Source: Vulcanimicrobiota bacterium
Lineage (GTDB): Bacteria; Vulcanimicrobiota; Vulcanimicrobiia; Vulcanimicrobiales; Vulcanimicrobiaceae
NCBI GenBank assembly: GCA_963695225.1
Contig: OY968762.1
Span: 1,792,001 to 1,856,000 of the forward strand
Length of the DNA: 64,000 nt
Direction: 5' to 3'
Every line of letters starts with the position of its first letter. The first letter of the stretch is position 1. Of the stretch, positions 51,785 through 61,344 are shown one piece after another. The position numbers and the translations under genes were made by a program. The notes beneath the pieces are model-generated. The model had not been told where the DNA came from and ran no database searches. It was given only the letters and a program-made list of their open reading frames with translations.

Positions 51785-52806
51785 CTCGCGCAGGGAACGG
51801 CGGTCTGAAGGCGCTTGCGGGGGCGCTCGCGCTCGCGGCGATCGCGGCCGGCGCGATGCTCGTCGCGGGGGCGAACCCGCTCGACGGGTTCGCGGCGCTG
51901 CTGCGCGGATCGCTCGGGGGCGTGCCGCAGATCGCGGAGACGCTCGTCCAGACGACGGCGCTGCTATTCCCGTCGCTTGCGGTCGCGCTCGCGTTTCGCG
52001 CGGGGCTCTTCAACATCGGCGCCGAGGGGCAACTCGTGATCGGCGGCTTGCTGGCGGGCGTCGCCGGTGCGCAGACGCACCTGCCGGGCATCCTCGCGAT
52101 TCCGCTGCTGCTCGCGCTGGGCGCGCTCGGCGGCGCGCTCTGGGGCGGGATCGCGGGCCTGCTGCGCGCGCGTTTCGGCGGAAACGAAGTGATCGCGACG
52201 CTGATGCTCAACGTGATCGCGGCGCTGCTCGCGAACTATCTGATCGTCGGCCCGCTGCGCACGCCGGGTGCAGTCGGCGCGGAGACGAGCTCGCTGCCGC
52301 AGAGCTCGTGGTTGCCGGCGCTTCTTCCCGGCTCGCGCTTGACGCTCGCGCTCCCGCTCGCGCTTGGAATCGCGCTCGCCTTGCGCTATCTCTTGGCGCG
52401 AACCGTGTTCGGATACGAACTGCGCGCGAGCGGCGAGGCGCCGGAAGCTGCCCGGCGCGCGGGGATCGATCTCGGCCGGATGGCGCTCGTTGCGATGATG
52501 CTCTCGGGCGCGATCGCCGGCCTCGGCGGCGCGACGGTCGTGACGGGGATCCTCCATCGCTTCAACACGGGTCTGAGCCCCGGCTACGGGTTCATCGCGA
52601 TAGCGGTCGCGCTCGTCGGCGCGCTCGAGCCGCTTTGGATCTGCGTCGCCGCGTTCGCATTCGGAATCCTCCAGAGCGGAGCGCTCGCGATGCAAGCGTT
52701 CGCGCACGTACCGAAAGACGTCGTGTCATTCGTCGAAGGCGTCGCGATCGTCGCGCTCGCGGTGCGCCGGTTCGGCGCGGCGCGCGCACCGGGAGCCGCA
52801 GATTGA
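51781..52806 (+). CDS. Nucleoside-type ABC transporter permease 1
   Basis: FRAGLFNIGAEGQ, NEVIATLMLN, GYELRA.G, GYGFIAIAVAL. Confidence 0.92.
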   Translation: MTRAGNGGLKALAGALALAAIAAGAMLVAGANPLDGFAALLRGSLGGVPQIAETLVQTTALLFPSLAVALAFRAGLFNIGAEGQLVIGGLLAGVAGAQTHLPGILAIPLLLALGALGGALWGGIAGLLRARFGGNEVIATLMLNVIAALLANYLIVGPLRTPGAVGAETSSLPQSSWLPALLPGSRLTLALPLALGIALALRYLLARTVFGYELRASGEAPEAARRAGIDLGRMALVAMMLSGAIAGLGGATVVTGILHRFNTGLSPGYGFIAIAVALVGALEPLWICVAAFAFGILQSGALAMQAFAHVPKDVVSFVEGVAIVALAVRRFGAARAPGAAD

Positions 52807-53672
52807 ACCCGCTCGCGACGCTCCTCTCCTTGCTCGCGCTCACGCTCGTGAAAGCGACTCCCCTTTCGTATGCGGCGCTCGGCGGCGTGCTGTGCGAACG
52901 GGCGGGAATCGTGAACATCGCGCTCGAGGGGATGATGGCCGTCGGCGCGTTCGGCGCGGTCGCCGTCGCCTCGGCGACGGGGAGTCCGCTGCTCGGGCTC
53001 GCCGCGGGCGTGCTCGCGGGCGCGCTGCTCGCCGCGATCCTCGCGCTCGCCGCGACCCGCTTCGGCGTCGATCAAATCGTCGCGGGGACGGGGCTCAATC
53101 TGCTCGCGCTCGGCGGGACGGCGTTCGCTCTCGTCGTGGTCTTCGGCCAGCCGGGCGCCTCCCCCGAAGTGCACGGCCTCGGCAAGGCCGGGGAGTTCGC
53201 GCTGATCGCCGGCGCGTTCGTCGCGACCGCGCTCGTGCACGCCGCGCTCTACGCGACGCCGTGGGGCTTGCGCGTTCGCGCCTGCGGAGAGAACCCGCAC
53301 GCGGTGCTCTCCGCGGGGATCGATCCGCGCCGCGTGCGCTTCGGCGCGGTCGTGCTCGGGGGCGCGCTCGCGGGGCTGGGCGGCGTCTACCTCTCCCTCG
53401 CGGAGCTCGATCTCTATTCGGACGGGATGACGGCCGGACGCGGCTTCATCGCGCTCGCCGCCGTCATCTTCGGGCGCTGGACGCCGTTCGGCGCGCTCGG
53501 CGCGGCGCTGTTCTTCGGAGCGTTCGCAGCGTTGCAATATGTGATGCAGCGCACAGGAATACCGAGCGAGATCATGCAGGCGCTGCCGTATGTGGCCGCA
53601 CTCGCCGCGCTCGGCGGCCTCGCAGGCCGCGCACGCGCGCCGAAAGCGGACGGCGTCCCCTTCTCCGGGTGA
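52803..53672 (+). CDS. Nucleoside-type ABC transporter permease 2
   Basis: TTGA overlap start; ERAGIVNIALEGMM, GLRVRACGENP, GRGFIALAAVIFG, ALPY. Confidence 0.92.
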   Translation: MNPLATLLSLLALTLVKATPLSYAALGGVLCERAGIVNIALEGMMAVGAFGAVAVASATGSPLLGLAAGVLAGALLAAILALAATRFGVDQIVAGTGLNLLALGGTAFALVVVFGQPGASPEVHGLGKAGEFALIAGAFVATALVHAALYATPWGLRVRACGENPHAVLSAGIDPRRVRFGAVVLGGALAGLGGVYLSLAELDLYSDGMTAGRGFIALAAVIFGRWTPFGALGAALFFGAFAALQYVMQRTGIPSEIMQALPYVAALAALGGLAGRARAPKADGVPFSG

Positions 53673-53720
53673 GCGCGGGGCGGCTCGAATGAAGGTGCCG
53701 ACCCGAAGATCGTGTAGACT

Positions 53721-54806
53721 ATGCCGGCAAGCCCCATGATTCAACGACGACTGGTCCTCGCTGCGATCGCAGTTGCCGTCATGAGCGTGTTTCCTATTAT
53801 CGGAAACGCCTCCGTTTTGCCGGGCCCGCTCTCCGATCTGCAGGTGCGCCTCGCATCCGCTTCCGTCTCGGCGCCCGGGCGCGTCGGGATCGCGATCAAG
53901 GACCTCTCGACCGGCTTTTCTTCCGGGTACAACGCCGACGCGAGCATGCCCGCCGCATCGACGATCAAAATCCCGGTGATGGTCGAAGTCTTCCGGCAGA
54001 TGTCGGCCGGCAACCTCATGCTGACGCGGACGGTCGGGCTGCAGTACACCGATAAGGATGACGGTTCGGGCGACCTGTGCTACGCACGCGTCGGCACGCG
54101 CTACTCGGTGAAAACGCTCTTGTGGCAAATGATCACCGAGAGCGACAACACCGCGACGAACATGCTGATCCGCCTCGTCGGGCGCCATAAGATCAACGTG
54201 ACGATGCATGAGCTCGGGTTGACGCATACGCTCTTGGGCGATTACATCCGCACCTCGAGCAGCAGCGTCCGCAACGCTCTGCGCTCGAGTCCGCGCGACA
54301 TGGTCGCGCTCTTGGAAGCGATGGCACGCGATCAACTCGTCGATCCGTGGAGCTCGCGCGAGATGCTCGCGATCCTCGCCGGGCAGCAGCACAATTCGCT
54401 GTTGCCGGAGCCGCTGCCGGAAGGTTTGCCGATCGCGCACAAGACGGGCTCGCTGCACGACACGCTCAACGACGTCGGCGTCGTCTACCTCGATGCCGAG
54501 CCCTACGTCATCGCCGTGATGACGACGAACCTCTCGAGCTTGCCCTCCGGCCGCCGCTTCATCCATAACGTCTCGCGCCTGGCATACCAATCGTTCGAGC
54601 GGATGGCGCAGTGGCGCGAGAACGCCGGCTTGCCCGCGTTCCAGCTCACGCCTCCCGGCGAGGAGCCGTCCCGCACGCCGGCCGAACCGATCGAGCCGAT
54701 CGCCCCGGTCGACCCGGCGGAAAACGCGGCCTCGGCCGACGCGCCGGCGCCGGGTGCGAGCGCGGCACCCCAGTCGGATCCCGAGCGAGTGTTCGAGGGG
54801 CCGTAG
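53721..54806 (+). CDS. Class A beta-lactamase-fold serine hydrolase (PBP-like)
   Basis: ASTIK (SxxK), SDN, HKTG; signal peptide; Pro/Ala-rich tail. Confidence 0.85.
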   Translation: MPASPMIQRRLVLAAIAVAVMSVFPIIGNASVLPGPLSDLQVRLASASVSAPGRVGIAIKDLSTGFSSGYNADASMPAASTIKIPVMVEVFRQMSAGNLMLTRTVGLQYTDKDDGSGDLCYARVGTRYSVKTLLWQMITESDNTATNMLIRLVGRHKINVTMHELGLTHTLLGDYIRTSSSSVRNALRSSPRDMVALLEAMARDQLVDPWSSREMLAILAGQQHNSLLPEPLPEGLPIAHKTGSLHDTLNDVGVVYLDAEPYVIAVMTTNLSSLPSGRRFIHNVSRLAYQSFERMAQWRENAGLPAFQLTPPGEEPSRTPAEPIEPIAPVDPAENAASADAPAPGASAAPQSDPERVFEGP

Positions 54807-54825
54807 CGAGAACGTACCCGCCGCG

Positions 54826-56043
54826 ATGGACGAGCGAGCGGGTCGGCTTTGGGAGATAGCGGCGCGCTTCGGGCGCCTCGGCTGCACCTCGTTCGGCGGA
54901 CCCGTCGCACACCTCGGCTATTTCCGGCGGGAGTTCGTCGAGCGCGCGAAATGGCTCGACGACGCGGCCTTCTCCGAGTTCGTCGCGCTGACGGCGGCGC
55001 TCCCCGGGCCTTCCAGCAGCCAGGTCGGGATGCTGCTCGGCGCGTTGCGTGCTGGCCCGGCCGGCGCCGTCGTCGCTTGGCTCGCGTTCACCGCGCCCTC
55101 CGCGCTCCTGCTCGCGGCCTTCGGCCTCTTCTTGCGCGGCGGTTACGGGGCGCTTCCGAGCCCCCTCGAAGACGCCGGCCACGGCGCGCTCGCGGGACTC
55201 CTGGCCGTCGCCGCGGCCGTCGTCGCGCTCGCCGCGTTCGGCCTTGCGAAGTCGCTTGCGGCAGGCGCCGCACGCGCGTCCATCGCTGTCCTCGCGCTGG
55301 CGATCGCGCTCCTCGTGCAACACCGCGCCCCGCAATGGCAATGGCTCGCGCTGGCGCTCGGCGGAGCCCTCGGCGCGATCCTGATCCGCGACGCGCGCGC
55401 GCTCCCCGCCGGCCACACGGTCCTGCCCCGCCTCTCGCGCACCGCCGCCGCGCTCGCCGCGGCCGGACTCTGCGCGGTTCTCGCGTTCGCGCTCTTCGCA
55501 ACGCCGGCGGATCCTTCGCTCCGTGCGCTTGCCACGTACCTGCGCGCCGGCTCGCTCGTCTTCGGCGGCGGTCACGTCGTCCTGCCCTTCTTGCAGTCTC
55601 TCGTCGAGGGCTCGCACATCGCGCCGGACGTCTTCCTAGCCGGCTACGGAGCCGCACAGGCGATGCCCGGCCCCCTCTTCACGTTTGCCGCGTTCCTCGG
55701 CGCCGTCGACCGCACCAGCCTGCGCCCCGCGCTCGACGCCGCGCTCGCCACGCTCGCGATCTTCGCCCCCTCGTTCCTCCTACTCGCCGTCTCGCTGCCG
55801 CTCTGGGCCCGGCTTCGCACGCTCCCCCTCGCCTCGGCGACCCTCGCCGGCATCAACGCCTCGGTCGTAGGCCTTCTCGCAAGCGTCCTCGTCGACCCGA
55901 TCGGACGCCGCTTCTGGGAAACGCGCGACTGGCGTTCGTTCCTCCTCGCGCTCGCCGCCGGCGCCGTCCTCACCCGCACGCCCGCCCCGGTCTGGCTCGT
56001 CGTCCTAGCCTGCGCCGCCGCCGGCGCGGCGCTCCTGCGCTAA
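54826..56043 (+). CDS. chrA: Chromate efflux transporter (long-chain CHR)
   Basis: SFGGPVAHLGYF, LPGPSSSQ, VFGGGHVVLP, GYGAAQAMPGPLF, GINASVVG. Confidence 0.93.
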   Translation: MDERAGRLWEIAARFGRLGCTSFGGPVAHLGYFRREFVERAKWLDDAAFSEFVALTAALPGPSSSQVGMLLGALRAGPAGAVVAWLAFTAPSALLLAAFGLFLRGGYGALPSPLEDAGHGALAGLLAVAAAVVALAAFGLAKSLAAGAARASIAVLALAIALLVQHRAPQWQWLALALGGALGAILIRDARALPAGHTVLPRLSRTAAALAAAGLCAVLAFALFATPADPSLRALATYLRAGSLVFGGGHVVLPFLQSLVEGSHIAPDVFLAGYGAAQAMPGPLFTFAAFLGAVDRTSLRPALDAALATLAIFAPSFLLLAVSLPLWARLRTLPLASATLAGINASVVGLLASVLVDPIGRRFWETRDWRSFLLALAAGAVLTRTPAPVWLVVLACAAAGAALLR

Positions 56044-56097
56044 CCGCCGCCGCGCCGGGAACCGCCGCGAGGCGGCGCGGCGTCCTTAGCGCAGCAG

Positions 56098-56514
56098 ATG
56101 GAAGAGATGCACCAGGCCTATGTATGGCTCGAGCAGGCGATCGAGGGGTCGCGCGCGTTCGACGTTCTCTGGGGCACCACGGCCGCCGCGATCCTGGTAC
56201 TGATCGGCTGGACCGCGCTCGTTTGGACGGACCCCCCGCACCGCGTCCGCATCTTCGGCGAGAGCGCCGACCCGACGATGCGCCTGCAGTTCTCCTGGGC
56301 CGTCTTCGCGCTCGCCATGGCCGGTACGAACGTCGGTTGCCGCTACGTCCCGCACGCCTTCCTCGAAGGCGTCCACCTCGGCTACGCCTCCATCACGCTC
56401 GCCGTCATTTTGGTCCTCGGTCCCCGCGAACTCTACCTAGCGATCGCCGACCACGTCCGCCGTTTCGCCCGCGCCCGCGCAGCCTCTCGCCTCATCGACG
56501 CCGCCGAAAGCTAG
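56098..56514 (+). CDS. Hypothetical membrane protein (about 3 TM)
   Basis: Hydrophobic segments; GC3-rich codons; fills the gap between chrA and copZ. Confidence 0.55.
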   Translation: MEEMHQAYVWLEQAIEGSRAFDVLWGTTAAAILVLIGWTALVWTDPPHRVRIFGESADPTMRLQFSWAVFALAMAGTNVGCRYVPHAFLEGVHLGYASITLAVILVLGPRELYLAIADHVRRFARARAASRLIDAAES

Positions 56515-56582
56515 CGCGGATCGCCTCAGCCGGCGATTCGGAAACGCAAGCCATCCCGGCCGGGTCTGTAGAATCCAGCAGG

Positions 56583-56783
56583 ATGGATCAGCTATTGAAC
56601 GTCGAGGGCATGACCTGCGGCAACTGCGCGAAGCACGTCGAGAAGGCGCTGCTGGGGATCGCGGGCGTGCGCGCCGCGCGCGTCGATCTCGCGGGGCACA
56701 CCGTCGCCGTCGAGAGCGATCGAGAAATCGCGCGCGACGAATTCGCGGCGGCGATCGATCGGGCGGGGTATGAGCTTCGTTGA
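56583..56783 (+). CDS. copZ: Copper chaperone (HMA domain)
   Basis: 66 aa, VEGMTCGNC...AGY; overlaps the copA start; TAGAAT -10-like hexamer 8 nt upstream. Confidence 0.9.
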   Translation: MDQLLNVEGMTCGNCAKHVEKALLGIAGVRAARVDLAGHTVAVESDREIARDEFAAAIDRAGYELR

Positions 56784-59058
56784 AGCGCCGAACGTAGCGC
56801 CGGCCGCGCCGGCCGAAGAGCGCGCGGAGTTCGCGATCGGCGGGATGACGTGCGCCTCGTGCGTGCGGCATGTGGCGCGCGCGCTCGAGTGCGTCCCGGG
56901 CGTGCGCGACGTGAGCGTGAACCTCGCGACCGAACGCGCGACGGTCGTGCATTCGCAGGGCGCCTCGCGCGCCGCGATGGTCGCCGCGGTGGAGGAAGCG
57001 GGGTACTCCGCGCAAGCGCTCGACGAGCGCACGTTCGGCGAAGACGCGGACGCCGAGCGGCGGGACGCGGAGATCGCGCGCAAGCGCGCGCTGCTGATCT
57101 TGGGCGTCGCGCTGACGGTGCCGACGCTCGTGCTCGGGATGCTCGTGCCCGAGTTCCCGCACAAGGATTGGCTGATGCTCGCGCTCACGCTCCCCGTCTG
57201 GGGGATCGTCGGCGCGGACTTCCATCGCGGCGCGCTGGCGCAAGCGCGGCACCGCTCGGCGAACATGGATACGCTCGTTTCGCTCGGCTCGACCGCGGCG
57301 CTCGCCTATTCGCTCTACGCGACGCTCGCGGGCGAACCGGCGTACTACGAGACGGCGAGCGCGATCGTCACGCTGATCTATGCGGGGAAATACCTCGAAG
57401 CGCTCGCGAAGGGGCGCAGCAACCGCGCGATTCGCGCGCTGCTCGACCTGCGGCCGCCGGTCGCGCGGCGCCGCGCCGCCGACGGGAGCATCGAGGAACT
57501 CCCGGTCGAGCGCGTTCGCGCCGGCGACGCGATCGTCGTCGCCGCCGGCGAGCGCATCGCCGTCGACGGCGTCGTCTTGGAAGGAACGAGCGCGGTCGAC
57601 GCCTCGATGTTGACCGGCGAGCCGATTCCGGTCGAGGTCGGGCCGGGGAGCCGCGTCGACGCGGGGACGCTCAACGGCGACGGAACGCTCGTCATGCGGG
57701 CGACGGCCGTCGGGGCCGGGACGACGCTCTCGCGAATCGTCGAGATCGTACGCCGGGCGCAAGGCTCCCTACCCCCCGTGCAACGCCTCGCCGACCGGGT
57801 CGCGAGCGTATTCGTCCCGGCGATCCTCGCGCTGGCCGCCGCGACGTTCGTGGGCTGGCTCGTTAGCGGGCACCAGTGGCAGGCCGCGCTCGTCGCGGCG
57901 ACCGCCGTCCTCGTCGTCGCGTGCCCCTGCGCGCTCGGCCTCGCGACCCCGACGGCGATCATCGTCGGCGTCGGCGCGGGGGCGCGCGAGGGCGTGCTGT
58001 TCAAGGATGCGGAGGCGCTCGAGCGCCTGGCCGGAATCGATACGGTCGTCTTCGACAAGACGGGGACGCTCACGGCGGGTCGCTTCGAGTTCTCCGCCGT
58101 TCGCACGTCTCCCAGCATCAGCGAGGCCGAACTGCTAGCGGTAGCCGCCGCCGTAGAGCGCGGCTCAACGCATCCGCTCGCAGCCGCGATCGTGCGCGGC
58201 GCCGAAACCGCTGCCTCAACGAGCGGGGCCCTCGGCGGCCCGCCCACCGCCGGAATCGGCTCTACGCCGGCCGCGACGGATGTGCGCGCGATACGCGGCG
58301 GCGGCGTGCAAGCGCACCTGGGAGGCGACGTGGCGGCGGTTGGGACGCAGGCGTTCCTCGAATCGCTCGGCGTTCCGCACGATTCGTTCGATGCGATGCT
58401 GGCGCCGCAGCGCGCGGATGTCTCGACCGTTTTCGTCGCGCGTGGCGGACGGTTTCTGGGCGTGCTCGAACTTGCAGACATCGTGCGGCCGCAGGCGCAA
58501 CCGGCGCTCGACGCGCTGCGTTCGGCCGGGATCGCGACGCGGATCGTCAGCGGCGATGCGAGCGGCGCGGTGAGCGCGCTCGCGCAACGTTTGGGCGTCG
58601 CGACGTGGGACGCGCGCACGAGCCCCGAAGACAAGGCGCGCATCGTTTCGGAATTGCGCGCCGCGGGCGCACGCGTCGCGTTCGTCGGCGACGGTATCAA
58701 CGATGCACCCGCGCTCGCCGTCGCGGACGTCGGCCTCGCGATGGGCGGCGGCACAGGGATCGCCCTCGAGACGGCCAGCGCCGCGATCCTTTCGAACGAT
58801 CCGAGTGCCGTCCCGCGAGCGATCCGGCTCGCACGCGCGACGATGCGGACGATCGCGCAGAATCTTTTTTGGGCGTTCGCCTACAACGTCATCTTGGTTC
58901 CGCTTGCTGCCTTCGGCCTCGTGCGTCCGATGTGGGCTGCCGCCGCCATGGGCCTCTCGAGCCTCTTCGTCGTGGGAAATTCCCTATTGTTACGCCGCCG
59001 AACTTATGCCGACATCTTACCGATCCGGTCGACGTTGAATTCGGTGAACCAAAGGTAG
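56770..59058 (+). CDS. copA: Cu(I)-translocating P1B-type ATPase
   Basis: GMTCASC, TGE, CPC, DKTGT, HP, GDGINDAP, YN and M..SS signatures. Confidence 0.95.
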   Translation: MSFVEAPNVAPAAPAEERAEFAIGGMTCASCVRHVARALECVPGVRDVSVNLATERATVVHSQGASRAAMVAAVEEAGYSAQALDERTFGEDADAERRDAEIARKRALLILGVALTVPTLVLGMLVPEFPHKDWLMLALTLPVWGIVGADFHRGALAQARHRSANMDTLVSLGSTAALAYSLYATLAGEPAYYETASAIVTLIYAGKYLEALAKGRSNRAIRALLDLRPPVARRRAADGSIEELPVERVRAGDAIVVAAGERIAVDGVVLEGTSAVDASMLTGEPIPVEVGPGSRVDAGTLNGDGTLVMRATAVGAGTTLSRIVEIVRRAQGSLPPVQRLADRVASVFVPAILALAAATFVGWLVSGHQWQAALVAATAVLVVACPCALGLATPTAIIVGVGAGAREGVLFKDAEALERLAGIDTVVFDKTGTLTAGRFEFSAVRTSPSISEAELLAVAAAVERGSTHPLAAAIVRGAETAASTSGALGGPPTAGIGSTPAATDVRAIRGGGVQAHLGGDVAAVGTQAFLESLGVPHDSFDAMLAPQRADVSTVFVARGGRFLGVLELADIVRPQAQPALDALRSAGIATRIVSGDASGAVSALAQRLGVATWDARTSPEDKARIVSELRAAGARVAFVGDGINDAPALAVADVGLAMGGGTGIALETASAAILSNDPSAVPRAIRLARATMRTIAQNLFWAFAYNVILVPLAAFGLVRPMWAAAAMGLSSLFVVGNSLLLRRRTYADILPIRSTLNSVNQR

Positions 59059-59102
59059 CCGTCGGGGCCGCCCGCTATCGATTCGGCGCCCGAGCCTGCT
59101 TT
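59004..59102 (-). pseudogene. Orphan alternative 3' end of a Vgb-type propeller gene (KAGSGAESIAGGPDGYLWFTEFNVDRIGKMSA*)
   Basis: Codon-for-codon homolog of the last 32 residues of 59151-60182. Confidence 0.8.
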
Positions 59103-59150
59103 CGTTCTAGTTTCGCTCGCCGGGATCTCGCTGCTGTTACGCCGCCGCAC

Positions 59151-60182
59151 CTAAGACGAGATCTTACCGATCTGGTTGGCGTTGTATTCGGTGAACCACA
59201 GATAGCCGTCGGGGCCGGCCGTTATAGCACCTGGGGCCGAGCCCGCTTTCACAGGGTAATCGGTCACGGCCCCGGCGGTCGTGATGCGGCCGACCTTGCC
59301 GGCAAACTCTTCGGTAAACCAGAGATTTCCACCGGTGGCGGCGATGCCGACCGGATGGGCGCCCGCCGGCGCCGGATATTCAGTAACCGTACCTTGCGGC
59401 GTGATCTTGCCGATCTTGTTCCCTAGCGCTTCAACAAACCAGAGGTTGCCGTCGGGGCCCGCCGTGATGTCCGCGAGGCCGGCGGTCGGCGTCAGTACGC
59501 CGGTGTATTCGCTGATGGCGCCTTGCGGCGTGATCTTGCCGATTTGATTCGCGTTGTACTCCGTAAACCAGAGGTTGCCGTCGGGCCCCAGCGCGATGCC
59601 GGCAGGTTGGGCGTTCAGCGCCTGCGTCGCGTACTCATCGATGGCCCCGTCGGTGACCCTGATCCGGCCGCTCTTGCTGGAGTCTTGTTCCGTGAACCAG
59701 AGATGATTGTCTCCCGGAGGACCCGCCGCAATGTACTGGACGCCGGCCGCCGGCGTCAAGCCCGCGGAGTATTCCACCAAGCCCGTGCCGTCGGGCTTGA
59801 TCGTGCCGATCTTGTTGGCTAACGTTTCCGTGAACCAGAGCTTGCCGTCAGGGCCCACAGCAATGCCGTGAGCCGCCGCGTTCGGCGCAGGCAACGGGTA
59901 CTCGGTGAAGGCACCCCCGGTCGTGATCGTACCGATCTTGTCGTATTCCGTGAACCACAGATTGCCGTTGGGACCGTTCACGATCGCGGCTAGCTGCGCG
60001 TTCGACGTCGGCGCGAGATACTCCGTAACCGTGCCCGTCGGCGGCGCCGGCGGCGTACTGTTGCCTCCACCTCCGCCTCCGCATCCCGAAAGCACCACCG
60101 CCGTCGCAAACAAACCTGCGCAAAGGCCGACAGAAAAGACCGCTCGTGCGTCACGCACTCGAGCAGGCGATAAGAACCGCAT
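59151..60182 (-). CDS. Vgb/streptogramin-lyase-like beta-propeller lipoprotein
   Basis: Lipobox LSGC plus Gly linker; seven repeats of I..GPDGNLWFTE....KIG.IT..G...EY. Confidence 0.88.
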   Translation of the reverse strand: MRFLSPARVRDARAVFSVGLCAGLFATAVVLSGCGGGGGGNSTPPAPPTGTVTEYLAPTSNAQLAAIVNGPNGNLWFTEYDKIGTITTGGAFTEYPLPAPNAAAHGIAVGPDGKLWFTETLANKIGTIKPDGTGLVEYSAGLTPAAGVQYIAAGPPGDNHLWFTEQDSSKSGRIRVTDGAIDEYATQALNAQPAGIALGPDGNLWFTEYNANQIGKITPQGAISEYTGVLTPTAGLADITAGPDGNLWFVEALGNKIGKITPQGTVTEYPAPAGAHPVGIAATGGNLWFTEEFAGKVGRITTAGAVTDYPVKAGSAPGAITAGPDGYLWFTEYNANQIGKISS

Positions 60183-60298
60183 GATGCCTCGCTTCGCACG
60201 ACAAACCACAGACCACAATCTCGACGCAACTTACGCTGCGGAGACTCACTCGTGAGCGTAGCGAAGTCGCATGGCAAATACAAGAGTGCTATGGCCGC

Positions 60299-60785
60299 GC
60301 CTCTTCGTCGCGGGAAGAACACTCGCTGCTCTTTCGCCCCCGAACCTAAGACGCGATCATACCGATCCGGTTGGCGTCGTAATCGGTGAACGGAGAGATA
60401 GCAGTCCGGGCCGACCGTTATCAAATTGGGCGTCGAGTAAGGACCTCGTCGGCCCCAAATTCAGTGCACCAGAGATTCCCGCCGGCCGCGGCGATGCCGA
60501 TCGGCTCGGCACCGGGCGGTGCCGGATACTCGGTGACCGCGCCTTGCGGCAGGATCTTGCCGATTCGTCGTCCAGGCGACAACCGTCGGAGTGGGACGAC
60601 CCTCGCCGCGGCCGCGGCGCCGGAGAACCCCGAAGGCGACGCCCGCGTTCGTCGCGCGCGGCTCGAGCCTCGCCGGCGTCCTCGAGCTGGGGGACTCCGT
60701 CCGCCCGCAGGCCGTCCGCGCGCTCGAAGCGCTCCGCGCCCGCGGAATCGCGCCCTGGATCGTCAGCGGCGAGGCGCCGGGCCGC
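60299..60785. pseudogene. Decayed fragments of copA (+) and Vgb-type gene (-)
   Basis: 60299-60349 resembles the copA 3' end. About 60346-60565 resembles frameshifted Vgb repeats. About 60645-60780 encodes AFVARGSSLAGVLELGDSVRPQAVRALEALRARGIAPWIVSGEA, versus CopA VFVARGGRFLGVLELADIVRPQAQPALDALRSAGIATRIVSGDA. Confidence 0.8.
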
Positions 60786-60853
60786 AGCCCGGCGAGAAGG
60801 ACCTCGTTTCTAGGCGGAGGGTGGCCCCTTCTGCCGAAAACCCGAACACCAAC

Positions 60854-61333
60854 GTGAAACGAGCGCTGCTGATCTTCATCGCCCTGGCGGCCTTCGCCGG
60901 CTGCTCCGGGGGCGATGGATTCCTCCCTACGCGCCTGCACTCGATGGACGCCGTCCGGCTCCAACGCCTGGTTCGCGCTGAAGCGGCGCATACCGGCGTT
61001 TCGGCAGCGCTCCTCTCCGCGGTCATCGCGGTCGAATCGAAGGGCGATCCGCATGCGATCAGCCGCGCGGGCGCGGCGGGCCTCATGCAGCTGATGCCCG
61101 ACACCGCCGCGACGTACCGCGTCGCGAACCGCTTCGATCCGGAAGATAACGTGCACGGAGGAGCGCTCTACCTGCGGGACCTGCTCGCGCGCTACCACAA
61201 CGACACGACGCTCGCGCTCGCCGCCTACAACGCGGGCCCGGCCGCCGTCGACGCGGCGCACGGTGGTCTGCCGCCCTTCGCCGAGACGCGTGCCTACGTG
61301 GCCCGGGTTACGGCGGCGTTGCGCAACACCTAA
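60854..61333 (+). CDS. SLT-domain lytic transglycosylase lipoprotein
   Basis: Lipobox FAGC; AVIAVES, AGAAGLMQLMP.TA, ALAAYNAG, ETRAYV. Confidence 0.92.
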   Translation: MKRALLIFIALAAFAGCSGGDGFLPTRLHSMDAVRLQRLVRAEAAHTGVSAALLSAVIAVESKGDPHAISRAGAAGLMQLMPDTAATYRVANRFDPEDNVHGGALYLRDLLARYHNDTTLALAAYNAGPAAVDAAHGGLPPFAETRAYVARVTAALRNT

Positions 61334-61344
61334 GGCCGCCGCGC

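Noticed and set aside
53721..54806. Bona fide beta-lactam resistance gene
   Set aside because: SxxK/SDN/KTG are present, but no recognisable omega-loop ExxLN (Glu166); more likely PBP-like.
56553..56566. CsoR/CueR operator before copZ (CCCGGCCGGG)
   Set aside because: Short GC-only palindrome lacking the AT-rich flanks; expected by chance at this GC content.
59004..59250. Diversity-generating retroelement TR/VR pair at the Vgb C-terminus
   Set aside because: Differences are not confined to adenines (e.g. GCC/GGC, CTG/CTT, TAT/TAC), and no reverse transcriptase is in the window.
59151..60182. Virginiamycin B resistance lyase
   Set aside because: Fold-level similarity only; it is a predicted lipoprotein, and I could not identify the catalytic residues.
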